Below, one piece after another: positions 30,201 through 39,175 of a stretch of 57,288 nt of DNA. The notes under the pieces are model-generated. The model saw only the letters and a list, made by a program, of their open reading frames with translations. It was not told where the DNA came from and did not search any database. Location of the stretch: the IMG/VR virus record IMGVR_UViG_3300020404_002135, positions 1 through 57,288 of that record; one strand, 5' to 3'. The translations under genes and the position numbers were made by a program. Positions within the stretch are counted from its first letter, which is position 1, and each line of letters starts with the position of its first letter. The stretch comes from a virus. Its lineage: Duplodnaviria; Caudoviricetes.

Positions 30201-32627
30201 TATCATGGTTACGTTTTAAATGCGAACAATGCAATATCTGAAGAATTTACTGATTTCAAATACAGTCAAAATGTTACTAACCTCTATCCAGAACTGGATA
30301 AAGACAATGTAAATGATAATCCTGGTCCTACAAAATCTTTTGCAAAGAGAGCACCTATTGGAGAAGTTGTATCAAATGACCTTACAAAAAGTTTAACAAG
30401 AGAAACTTTAGATTCATTTATAGAAGAGTTTAAATTTGGTAAATTAATAACTGGTGTTACAACAGTATTTACTAGTGTAAATGCAGGAATTGCAACAGTT
30501 ACACTTGATAGAGAGCATGGATTCGCAGGTGTAAACACATATAGCACATTTGCAGGTGGTAGTGGTTACAATGAAGGAGTTCATTATAATGTTAAACTAC
30601 TTAATGACGGAACTACAACTTGGGATGGTGCAACCGCAAAAGTTACAGTCGGAACTGGTGGAACAATAACAGATGTAAGTTTCATCTCTAGAGGATCTGG
30701 ATATACTGATGCCGAAAAATTAGACTTTGATACTTCAGTTTTAGGTTCTGGTACAGGTGCAGGAGTTACAATATCTTCTTCTGGTATCTCTACAAATATA
30801 GGAGATGCGGTTCAGATAACAGGAATAGGAACTACTGGAGAAGGATATTATAAGATTGCTTCAATACCTTCTAAGAATCAAGTTTCAATTGCTATAACTT
30901 CAGGAGATATAGAGATTCATTCAGGACAATACCTATTGAATCTAGGACCTTCTGTTCATGTAAACACGATTGCAGGACCAGTTTTAGGTATTACTACCTT
31001 TACCACTGATTTTGCACATGGTTTAACTGCAGGATCTAAAGTTGAATTTAAAGATTCAAGCAATAATAAATTAGGAGTCTTTGTTGTTAACGAAAAAGTT
31101 GGTGTTACCACATTTACAGTTAAGACATCTAATGCTCTATCATCTAGTTCTTACATATTACCTCATGGTGTTGATTCAAATAATGCTCCTTCTGATGCTG
31201 TAACTGAGAATCTAGGTACAAGAGGTACACCTTCTTATGATAATGATAAATTCTTCTTACATGTTCCAATTACAGATGGAGATGTAGTAGCTGTTACTGA
31301 TTCTACTCTTTGTGGTATTGCAACCTTAAATCAATTCCCTGTTGGATCATACATTCAGATTGATAATGAGATAATGAGGATTTCTAATTCCTCATTCAGT
31401 GGAACTAATAATAATGAATTAAATGTTATTCGTGGTGTGTTTGGAACTCCAAAAGAATCCCATGCAACAGGATCAATCGCTAAGAAGATAAGACCAAGAG
31501 CGATTGAACTTAGAAGACCATCTATCATTCGTGCTTCTGCCCACACATTTGAATATCTTGGTTTTGGTCCAGGTAACTATTCCACAGGTTTACCTCAAGT
31601 ACAAGTAAGAACTTTAACAGATGTAGAGTCCTTCTTAGCACAGTCTCAGAAGAAAGCTGCGGGTGTTGTTGTTTATACTGGTATGAACAGCGAAGGAGAC
31701 TTCTTTATTGGTAATAAGAAATCCAGTTCTGCAACTGGACAAGAAAGAACATTTGATGTTCCATCTCCTACTGTAACAGGACAGGAAGTTGGTAGATTAA
31801 GTGTTGTATTTGATGAAGTATTAATCAAAGAAAGATTAAGAGTTGAAGGTGGTAAGTCTGGAACAGTATTATCTCAGTTTGATGGTCCTGTAACATTCAA
31901 CAAAGAAGTTAGACTTAGAAATACAGGAACAATTACTGGAGTCCTTAAATTAGATGATACTACACCATCAACAAGTAGAACTACTGGTGCTCTTGTTGTT
32001 GCAGGTGGCATGGGCATATCTGGTAAGGCAACATTTGGTGATGAAATTATTGTTGACTCAGGTATCATTCCTGATGTTGATAAAGGAGCATACATTGGTA
32101 AAGAAGATCAAGCATTTGAAGAAGCATACATTGATGGAATCAGACTTGGTGTTGGTAGCACAACAACTATTGATACCAGAGGTGGAGATCTTGTTATCAG
32201 TGCTGCGATTGGAAGTAGTGTTTCAATCAGTACAGTTACAACAATCACATCAGATCTGAATGTAGAGGGAGACATTACTGCCTTCTATACTTCTGACCGT
32301 AGATTGAAGGATAACATTACTCCTATTGATGATCCTCTTGATAAAGTTATATCAATCAGTGGTAATACATATGATTGGAATAATGAATCTGGAAAAGAAG
32401 GTAAGGATGTTGGTGTAATTGCTCAAGAGATCGAACAGGTTCTACCCGAAGCAGTTACAACCCGTAAGAATGGTTATCTTGCTGTTGATTATGATAAAGT
32501 TGTTCCTCTACTTGTAGAAGCAATTAAGGAACTAAGTGGTAAAGTTGATAAATTAGAGAAAGACTTGAAAGACCACGAGTGTTGCAATAAATGCCATCAT
32601 TGTAATGATCACAACAACCCTAAATAA
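27297..32627 (+). CDS. very large tail fibre/spike with C-terminal intramolecular chaperone (peptidase S74-like)
   Basis: TLYVNPND, KPFKTIQRA, ITNSNSNFG; C-terminal SDRRLKDNI, VGVIAQEIEQVLPEAV, VDYDKVVPLLVEAIKEL. Confidence 0.88.
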   Translation: MPLNKLDNFIKNTDGRTLYVNPNDLEATDSIENQGNSLAKPFKTIQRALIESARFSYLKGNNNDKIEQTTILLFPGEHVVDNRPGFAIFNDASLGVRVTSPSGTNSPPSEEIALNLDSNFDLNQVDNQLYKFNSVNGGVIVPRGTSLVGLDLRKTKIRPKYVPNPTDSNAPGSAIFRITGTSYFWQFSIFDGNELGTVYTDPVDFSTTNRSKPSFSHHKLTCFEYADGVNKVSGYDLTDLDMFYSKLSNAFSSIRNIPEKYPDDPDAFAKQRPEWEIVGAFAADPLSIARIESGSGGTAGPVITVTTVLDHGFNEGTPIKIDGVGVPDNVNDYNISTKVQSIVNSKTFTYLLPYVQPNLLTVPDVSGAVVTIETDTVSGASPYIFNISLRSVFGMQGMHADGSKASGFRSMVVAQFTGISLQKDDRAFVKYNPATRAYEGRSISKKTGAELSSGSSSLDKAKVYHLDSDAVYRQGFDTTHIKISNDSVMQIVSVFAIGFNKHFETLSGGDASITNSNSNFGQFSLASDGFRKAAFDKDNRSYITSIITPRSINESETNVDWQSLDVGLTTAVGISSQLYLFGFNNFDDAPPVLTQGYRVGAKRDDTLSVNLGAGIGTFTSDICMVDNIVSSGTTSLGINVAYKEFPVISGPVENIFNIGTHNILTGESVVIQSSDGDLPENIVANRLYYAIRESSTTIKLASSKAAADSDSAVSIFGGSNLKIISRVSDKSAGDVGHPVQFDSNVGNWYIHTTHPNDIYSALNTNGVSLLTQTTDNSFIVRTDDSRSLDEKLYKVRIVVPKDAENAKEPAETFIIQESSSTGFRNDADPTRVSIGATDHDFDRNPRFISTCIAGSAGVVTVTSEVPHDLSTGNLVNVVNVRSTNNTGGASNLGYNGRFAVTGIVNDHTFTYSTTDVDNIIHTPGVFTSDTSVRNLDLPRFEKNDSKRNYYVYRSEVIADYIKDVQDGVYHGYVLNANNAISEEFTDFKYSQNVTNLYPELDKDNVNDNPGPTKSFAKRAPIGEVVSNDLTKSLTRETLDSFIEEFKFGKLITGVTTVFTSVNAGIATVTLDREHGFAGVNTYSTFAGGSGYNEGVHYNVKLLNDGTTTWDGATAKVTVGTGGTITDVSFISRGSGYTDAEKLDFDTSVLGSGTGAGVTISSSGISTNIGDAVQITGIGTTGEGYYKIASIPSKNQVSIAITSGDIEIHSGQYLLNLGPSVHVNTIAGPVLGITTFTTDFAHGLTAGSKVEFKDSSNNKLGVFVVNEKVGVTTFTVKTSNALSSSSYILPHGVDSNNAPSDAVTENLGTRGTPSYDNDKFFLHVPITDGDVVAVTDSTLCGIATLNQFPVGSYIQIDNEIMRISNSSFSGTNNNELNVIRGVFGTPKESHATGSIAKKIRPRAIELRRPSIIRASAHTFEYLGFGPGNYSTGLPQVQVRTLTDVESFLAQSQKKAAGVVVYTGMNSEGDFFIGNKKSSSATGQERTFDVPSPTVTGQEVGRLSVVFDEVLIKERLRVEGGKSGTVLSQFDGPVTFNKEVRLRNTGTITGVLKLDDTTPSTSRTTGALVVAGGMGISGKATFGDEIIVDSGIIPDVDKGAYIGKEDQAFEEAYIDGIRLGVGSTTTIDTRGGDLVISAAIGSSVSISTVTTITSDLNVEGDITAFYTSDRRLKDNITPIDDPLDKVISISGNTYDWNNESGKEGKDVGVIAQEIEQVLPEAVTTRKNGYLAVDYDKVVPLLVEAIKELSGKVDKLEKDLKDHECCNKCHHCNDHNNPK

Positions 32628-32644
32628 CTAAAAAGTGTAAGTAG

Positions 32645-34819
32645 ATGCCTAATTATAAGAAGTCGTTTAATTTTCGTAATGGTGTCCAAGTTGATGACGA
32701 CAATTTCATCGTAAATCCTAATGGTCTGGTTGGAATCGGTACATCGGTTCCGACAGAGTTTTTAGATGTCAGGGGAACTGCGAAAGTTGTCGGAGTAGCA
32801 ACGATAAAAAATACGTTTATTGAAGAAGGTGCTATAGTTTCGGGAGTCGCAACTATAGGGCAAGTTGAGGTTGGTATAACATCCATACTGCCATCAGGTA
32901 TTGTTACTGCAACTTCCCCATCAGGAGTTGTTACTTATTTTGGAGATGGTGGTAGGTTAATAAATTTACCTACATCTCAATGGATTGATGTAAATCCAGG
33001 TTTAGGTTTCTCAAGCATATATTCTGCAGGGTATGTTGGTATCGCAACTGAACTTCCATACAATGCACTTCAAATAGGTGGAACAGCAGATGATGAAGAT
33101 TCACCAGGTGTTGGTATAAATTCGACAGGAGATATTAAGGCAACAGGTATAATAACAACAAGACAACTTTCATTTGAAGGTCCTAATTCAGGAATAGTTG
33201 GTGTTACATCTATCATTGATAGCACAGCATTACCACTTTTGAGAGTATCTCAACTACAATCTGGTGTTGATGCTTTACAAGTTGATGGAGATATTAGTGC
33301 CAATGGAAGAATTGTTGGTACAGCTGTAAGTAATGTAATACCATTCTTATATGCTAATTATAGTGATTTACCTTCACCTGTAACATATCATGGTGCATTT
33401 GCTCATGTTCATGCAAGCGGAAAAGCATATTATGCTCATGCAGGTGCATGGTTTGAGTTAGTTAACAAAGAGGCAGATGCAAGAATTGGAACAGGAACAG
33501 AAGGATTTAATCTTGGATCTGGTAATGTAGTTGTTTTAAATGCATCCGAAATAAAATCAGGTTTCTCAACAATAGGGGTAAGCACAGTAACTGATGTATT
33601 CCATGTTGGAACTGGTGGAACTATTCTTGCTAACAATGGACAATTTATTGGTATAGGAACTGTTCTTCCTACTTCTGATCTTCAGATTCGCAAACCAAGT
33701 GGTGTTGCAAAGATAGAAGTAGTTTCTGATGGAGACAATGCTGTAATTTCTGTTGGACAATCAGTTGGTGTTGGTGCTAGCTCTGCAGCAATGAAGTTTG
33801 GTGTTGCTGAAAAAACACTTGATATTGTTAATAACGACACAGGAGATTTTAACTTAGTTATTCATGGAGGTCCTGCAGGAGTATCAACAGGTAACTTTAA
33901 CTTTGTTAATGGACAATCTAATGGAGATTTGATGACCCTAACCTATCAAGGTAATTTAGGTTTAGGTGTTGCAATCCCAGAACATAAGTTACATGTGGTT
34001 GGTACATCAACTGTTACAGGTAACTCATTTGTTGGTGGAAACTTCAAGATAGGTGGATCAATTGATGCAGGAACATTTAATTTACCAAATGTTATTCCTT
34101 CTAAGATTAACAACGCAGGAGTTAATACTTTCGGAAAAGTATATGTAAACTCTAGTATTGGTGCAGGAACTAGCATTGGAATTGGAACTGCTGAACCTCA
34201 AGTTAGTTTTGATGCAACTGCTAAAACAGGATTAATTGGAAGACTTGGAATTAATACAAGTAATGAATATACAAGCAACCCTGTTAGTGGTGCTTTGGTA
34301 GTTGGTGGACAAGCAAACTTTGGTGCTGTTGGTGTAGGAACAACCTCTATTGCATACCTATTCAATGAACAGTTTACACCTATATTCTCTTGCTTCAAAC
34401 CTGCAGCTTTCTATAACTCTCAAGTTAGAGTCTTTAACGCAGGGTTACTATGCGACGAAAATAGTTTACTAGGTGTTGGTACACACGAACCTTTAGCTGC
34501 TGTTGACTTCGCTAAAGCAGGAAGTGGAGGTGGCATAGGTGTCAGTTCTTCCAGAGCAATGAGAACTCCTCATTCAACAAATGCTCAAAGAGTTGGTGTC
34601 ATAACTCAAACTGGATCTATAATTTATAATACAGATGCAGGGGAACATCAAGCATATTGTGATGATGAATGGGTAGGATTTGCTAATCAAACAGGAATTG
34701 TAACTGCTGCAAATGGATTCACAAGTGGAACTGGAACACCTGTTCAAATAAGTGTGGTGGGATCTACATTAACATTTACAGTTGCAGGTATTGGAAGCAC
34801 AAGTTTGACTTTATCTTGA
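32645..34819 (+). CDS. tail fibre / virion structural protein
   Basis: KSFNFRNGVQVDDDNF, repeated VGIGT/GIVTA units; CTAAATA at 32620-32626. Confidence 0.75.
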   Translation: MPNYKKSFNFRNGVQVDDDNFIVNPNGLVGIGTSVPTEFLDVRGTAKVVGVATIKNTFIEEGAIVSGVATIGQVEVGITSILPSGIVTATSPSGVVTYFGDGGRLINLPTSQWIDVNPGLGFSSIYSAGYVGIATELPYNALQIGGTADDEDSPGVGINSTGDIKATGIITTRQLSFEGPNSGIVGVTSIIDSTALPLLRVSQLQSGVDALQVDGDISANGRIVGTAVSNVIPFLYANYSDLPSPVTYHGAFAHVHASGKAYYAHAGAWFELVNKEADARIGTGTEGFNLGSGNVVVLNASEIKSGFSTIGVSTVTDVFHVGTGGTILANNGQFIGIGTVLPTSDLQIRKPSGVAKIEVVSDGDNAVISVGQSVGVGASSAAMKFGVAEKTLDIVNNDTGDFNLVIHGGPAGVSTGNFNFVNGQSNGDLMTLTYQGNLGLGVAIPEHKLHVVGTSTVTGNSFVGGNFKIGGSIDAGTFNLPNVIPSKINNAGVNTFGKVYVNSSIGAGTSIGIGTAEPQVSFDATAKTGLIGRLGINTSNEYTSNPVSGALVVGGQANFGAVGVGTTSIAYLFNEQFTPIFSCFKPAAFYNSQVRVFNAGLLCDENSLLGVGTHEPLAAVDFAKAGSGGGIGVSSSRAMRTPHSTNAQRVGVITQTGSIIYNTDAGEHQAYCDDEWVGFANQTGIVTAANGFTSGTGTPVQISVVGSTLTFTVAGIGSTSLTLS

Positions 34820-34827
34820 TCTAATTT

Positions 34828-36306
34828 ATGAAAAAAATTGTTATTGTTGGGTCTGGTTCATCTGGACTAATGGCTGCTGCTATGTTCAAAAGATTCTACG
34901 CAGGTAGAATAAAGGTAGAGATATATTACGACAGTAAGAAAAAAAATATAGGTGTTGGAGAAAGCACAACACCTGCATTTGTAGATTTTCTTAAAAGGTT
35001 TTTAAAAGTTGAAATTGGTGATTTCATTAAAGATACTGGAAGCACTGTAAAGTTAGGAATAAATTTCAAGAATTGGACAGGAAGTAAAGAATATTTTCAC
35101 GGATTTAATGCGTGTAACATAGAGGGTACAGGAGTTGATTATCCAGAATCTTTATATTCAATTCCAAATGGCACTTACAATGGGGGAACTTTACACCATA
35201 AACCAACAACAACAGTTCCTAGTCATGATTTTTACTATGATCATGCTTTTCATATAGACACACAGATCGTAACACAATATATTTTAGATGATATTGAAGA
35301 TGAGATAGATCGTATTGATGATGTGGTGGAGAAAGTAAATTCAGATGGTAAAAGTATACAAAGTATTATATTTAAAAACAGTGGAGAGGTAACTGCTGAT
35401 TTTTATGTTGATGCTTCTGGATTCAATAGTATTTTATTTAAACATTTAAACCCTGATTGGGTTGATATCACAGGTGATCTTCCATTAGATAGAGCAATCC
35501 CACAACAAATACCTCATAAACTTGTAGAAATACCTTCATATACACAGGCAGAGGCAACAAAAGATGGTTGGACTTGGCAGATTCCATTAAAGAAAAGATA
35601 TGGAACTGGTTATGTATATTCATCTAAGTTTACTACTGATGAAGAAGCAAAGAAAAATTATAATGAGTGGTTAAAAAAGAATCATGGTGTTGAATTGAAT
35701 GAAGATCCTAGAGTAATTCATTACAAACCAGGATACTACAAGAAAAATTGGATAGGAAATTGTTTATCTGTTGGTCTTGCGAGTGGATTTATTGAACCAT
35801 TAGAATCTACAGGACTTCATATAGTTTATAATCAATTGCAATTCTTTATACAAAATAATACTACTCTTAAGTTTTTAGATTTTGATAAGATTAATTATAA
35901 TAATTTCAATGAAAAAAGTTATGTAGATATTTTTAATTTTATTTGTCTACACTATGCTACAAACAGGGTAGATTCTCCTTTCTGGAAGTATATGACTGAC
36001 AACAAAACTGATTGGATGAAAGCATACGAAGAAAAATGTTCTATTGAATTTATACCATCTGGAGTTTCAGATAAAGATTCTCAATGGCATGTTGATAGTT
36101 TCATACAAGTTAGTAATGGTTTAGAAATGATAAATGTAGATTCTGTGAATAAATTTGTAAATAATTTACCAAAAGCAAAAGCAATTTTAGAGGAGTGTAA
36201 GTCAACCCATCAGTTACAGGAACGTGTTAAAAATAAGGGTAGATCTGTACCTCATAGATCTGTTTTAAATGGTTCAGTCATAGTTAAAAAGAAAGTTTGG
36301 GGATAA
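34828..36306 (+). CDS. flavin-dependent (tryptophan-type) halogenase
   Basis: GSGSSG, IGVGESTTP, catalytic-Lys region TVKLGINF, GWTWQIP, GFIEPLESTG. Confidence 0.9.
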   Translation: MKKIVIVGSGSSGLMAAAMFKRFYAGRIKVEIYYDSKKKNIGVGESTTPAFVDFLKRFLKVEIGDFIKDTGSTVKLGINFKNWTGSKEYFHGFNACNIEGTGVDYPESLYSIPNGTYNGGTLHHKPTTTVPSHDFYYDHAFHIDTQIVTQYILDDIEDEIDRIDDVVEKVNSDGKSIQSIIFKNSGEVTADFYVDASGFNSILFKHLNPDWVDITGDLPLDRAIPQQIPHKLVEIPSYTQAEATKDGWTWQIPLKKRYGTGYVYSSKFTTDEEAKKNYNEWLKKNHGVELNEDPRVIHYKPGYYKKNWIGNCLSVGLASGFIEPLESTGLHIVYNQLQFFIQNNTTLKFLDFDKINYNNFNEKSYVDIFNFICLHYATNRVDSPFWKYMTDNKTDWMKAYEEKCSIEFIPSGVSDKDSQWHVDSFIQVSNGLEMINVDSVNKFVNNLPKAKAILEECKSTHQLQERVKNKGRSVPHRSVLNGSVIVKKKVWG

Positions 36307-36307
36307 A

Positions 36308-36315
36308 TATAAATA
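36308..36315 (+). promoter_or_regulatory. T4 late promoter
   Basis: Exact TATAAATA 20 bp upstream of ATG 36336. Confidence 0.7.
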
Positions 36316-36335
36316 ATAAAAAAGATAGTGTATAA

Positions 36336-37490
36336 ATGTCTGTATCAATATCAAAGGCAGGACCATTTTTTGCTTCAGGACCTATAACTTTTAGTGAGTT
36401 AAGGAGAACTTTTAGAGCACAGTCTCGTAAAACTACTGCTAGTGGGTCTGAAACTTTTGCTTCCGATGTTGCTCCTATTAGTATGTCAGAGTTGAAGAGA
36501 GATACAAATCCCACTAGTGCAAACCCAATAGTTCCAGATGCTACAGAAAATTCTTCAATAGGTTCTGTTAGCGATGTTACTTTGTCTCAATTTAGAAATA
36601 GTATAAAATTTTATTATATTCAACAAACTGGATCTGATATCTATTTTGATATTGATGCATTAACTTGGAACAATAATCTATCAAAAACTATAAACAAAAC
36701 AATGTTTATAGATGGAAGTATAGGTTCTGATAATGCACTTTCTGCTGCAGCTGCATTTGAACAGTCTCCTGCATATAATATTTTATTTGATGTTTCTGGA
36801 ACTATCAAGGGTGGTCCAGGATTGGGTGGTGGAAAACCTGGTAATGTATCAATTACTGGACAGACTGGTGGAACTGCACTTTCGATTATTTCAACTGGTG
36901 GAGAAAATTTAGTTGTAAATATAAGATCTTCCGCAAGAATTTATGGTGGAGGTGGTGGAGGAGAGAAAGGTGCTACTGGAGCTCAAGGTGCTACTGGATT
37001 ATGCCAAGACTTTGAAACTGTTCGGGACTGTAATAGTTGCCCTGATTGCCCAGAGGGATGGACATCAACAAGTGGTTGTTACTCTGGAGGAGAGTGTAGT
37101 AGACGAAGAGCTTGTAACTGGTGGGGAAGTTGTTGGTTTATCACGACTGGTTGGTGGAGATTTGATGACTGTCTTAATGAATATGAGGTAGCTGGTGGAC
37201 TCGGTGGAGAAGGTGGCGATGGTGGTACTGGAAGAGGATTTGGAAATGAGTCTGGTGCATTACAAGGAGATAACGGTGGATCACCTGATCCTGATAATGG
37301 TTGTAACTCTACTCAAGGACAACCAGGAGAAGTAGGTGGAGCTGGTGGAGAGTGGGCACTAGCAGGTGGTGATACTAACGCTTCTGGTACGGGCGGATTA
37401 GCAGGAAAAGCAATTGCAGGAACAAGTTATTCTGTAATAGGATCTATTAGTTCTACTACAATTAAGGGGGATTATCCTGCCACAACTTGA
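36336..37490 (+). CDS. Gly-rich probable virion protein with Cys/Trp-rich insert
   Basis: SGPITFSELR N-terminus and YGGGGGG motif as in gp38-like fibre-tip adhesins; central Cys/Trp-rich segment. Confidence 0.65.
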   Translation: MSVSISKAGPFFASGPITFSELRRTFRAQSRKTTASGSETFASDVAPISMSELKRDTNPTSANPIVPDATENSSIGSVSDVTLSQFRNSIKFYYIQQTGSDIYFDIDALTWNNNLSKTINKTMFIDGSIGSDNALSAAAAFEQSPAYNILFDVSGTIKGGPGLGGGKPGNVSITGQTGGTALSIISTGGENLVVNIRSSARIYGGGGGGEKGATGAQGATGLCQDFETVRDCNSCPDCPEGWTSTSGCYSGGECSRRRACNWWGSCWFITTGWWRFDDCLNEYEVAGGLGGEGGDGGTGRGFGNESGALQGDNGGSPDPDNGCNSTQGQPGEVGGAGGEWALAGGDTNASGTGGLAGKAIAGTSYSVIGSISSTTIKGDYPATT

Positions 37491-37504
37491 CAATATATAA
37501 TATT

Positions 37505-37825
37505 ATGGAACCGACTGAACCATCATTTGTTGAAAAAACGAAGAATTTTGCAAATTTTTCATGGGATATAATGAATTATCTCAGAAAGAATGGAGCTGAT
37601 GCTTTAGTTGTATCTAATGAAACTTATGAGATTAGACATGAGATTTGTAAATCATGCGAAATGTGGATAAAGAAAAAAGATATGTGTGCAGAATGTGGAT
37701 GTTTTATACCTGCCAAGGCTAGAGTTGTATTAGAGTCTTGCCCATTAGATAAATGGTCTCAAGATAGGGATGGGTGGGAAGATGCACTCAAAAAAATTTC
37801 TGATAAGATAGACGAAGACAGTTGA
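37505..37825 (+). CDS. small Cys-rich protein (DUF6171-like)
   Basis: RHEICKSCE, CAECGCFIPAKA, CPLDKW. Confidence 0.7.
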   Translation: MEPTEPSFVEKTKNFANFSWDIMNYLRKNGADALVVSNETYEIRHEICKSCEMWIKKKDMCAECGCFIPAKARVVLESCPLDKWSQDRDGWEDALKKISDKIDEDS

Positions 37826-37871
37826 GATAGTGGCACAGGCATTTGCAAATTGAGGTTACGTTTGCTATAAT
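37817..37871 (+). promoter_or_regulatory. promoter with upstream palindromic box
   Basis: GACAGTTGAGATAGTGGCAC at 37817; TTGCAA at 37843; TGCTATAAT with -10 at 37866. Confidence 0.65.
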
Positions 37872-37892
37872 AAGTGTAACGAAACAGATTTA

Positions 37893-39074
37893 ATGCAATT
37901 ACGTCCACATCAAATTGATTCTTTGGTTGCTATGCAGTCCAACACTAAGGGACAAGTTATTGTTCCTACTGGTGGTGGTAAAACAATGTGCATGATTGAA
38001 GATGCGATTTTTCAGTTTCGTACTTCTCCAAAGACCATTGTGGTAGTTGCACCTCGCATATTACTTGCAAAGCAGTTATGCTCAGAGTTTCGCGAAATGA
38101 TTGACATTCATCCTGATGATGTAATGCATGTTCACAGTGGCGATCTAACGGGTAAGAGTTTGTATTTCTGCAGTACTCAAGTAAATGATATCAAGTTATT
38201 TACTTTTGCAAAGAAGAGAAATACTCTTATCTTTACTACATATCATTCATTACATAAGATCGTAGAGAGTGGCATCAATGTGGATACAATCTACTTTGAT
38301 GAAGCACACAATGGAGTTCAGAAGAACTTTGTTGAAGCAGTAGAATACTTTTCAATGTATTCTGCAAGAGCATACTTCTTTACTGCTACACCAAAGCATT
38401 CTCTTACACCTCTTAAAGTTGGCATGAATGATGCTGATATCTTTGGTAATGTTATTTGCCAAGTACCTGCACCTAAATTAGTAGAGGAAGGACATATCTT
38501 ACCACCAAAGGTTGCAGTATACAAGACAAGAATACTAGAGAAGGATGAGTTAGTTGTAGATGCTGATTGCGATCAAATGATCAATGCTCTTGATAACATT
38601 CAGAAGGACAAAGTATTGATATGTGCTAAGTCTACAAAACAGATTACTAACTTGATATCTCAAACTCCATTTGTCTGCGACTTACAAATGCGTGGATACA
38701 ACTGGATGTTTATTACTGCTAAGACAGGTGCTTTTATCAATGGTAAAAAGGTTAGCAGAGAAGAGTTCTTCAGAACACTTAATGAGTGGGGTGTAGATGG
38801 TACAAAGTTTGTTGTATTACATCATAGCATCCTCTCAGAGGGTATCAATGTAAAAGGTCTTGAGGCAGTATTGTTTATGAGATCTATGGACTACATTGGT
38901 ATTAGTCAGACTATTGGTAGAGTAATTCGTAAGGGTGCAGAGAACAAGGTTTATGGTCTTGTATGTGTTCCAGTTTACTCTAAAGTTGGTATTTCAACTG
39001 CAAGGAAGGTCGAAGCAGTTGTGGATACTGTATTCAACAAAGGACAAGCAGCTACCTCAGTTATCAGATCATGA
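37893..39074 (+). CDS. SF2 DEAH-box helicase (type III restriction Res-like)
   Basis: LRPHQ, PTGGGKT, FDEAH, FTATP, LSEGINV, QTIGRVIR. Confidence 0.9.
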   Translation: MQLRPHQIDSLVAMQSNTKGQVIVPTGGGKTMCMIEDAIFQFRTSPKTIVVVAPRILLAKQLCSEFREMIDIHPDDVMHVHSGDLTGKSLYFCSTQVNDIKLFTFAKKRNTLIFTTYHSLHKIVESGINVDTIYFDEAHNGVQKNFVEAVEYFSMYSARAYFFTATPKHSLTPLKVGMNDADIFGNVICQVPAPKLVEEGHILPPKVAVYKTRILEKDELVVDADCDQMINALDNIQKDKVLICAKSTKQITNLISQTPFVCDLQMRGYNWMFITAKTGAFINGKKVSREEFFRTLNEWGVDGTKFVVLHHSILSEGINVKGLEAVLFMRSMDYIGISQTIGRVIRKGAENKVYGLVCVPVYSKVGISTARKVEAVVDTVFNKGQAATSVIRS

Positions 39075-39175
39075 AAACAGACACACTATTAAGGATATAC
39101 AAAGTGGTTAGGGTAAAACCTAAACCCAAATATCCACCAGTTCGCAAACATTACAACATTCATAGTTACGGATGA
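39071..39175 (+). CDS. small basic peptide (34 aa)
   Basis: MKTDTLLRIYKVVRVKPKPKYPPVRKHYNIHSYG; ATGA overlaps at both ends. Confidence 0.55.
   Translation: MKTDTLLRIYKVVRVKPKPKYPPVRKHYNIHSYG

Noticed and set aside
37487-37501. TTGACA and TATAAT as a promoter
   Set aside because: Only 3 bp apart, incompatible with sigma70 spacing.
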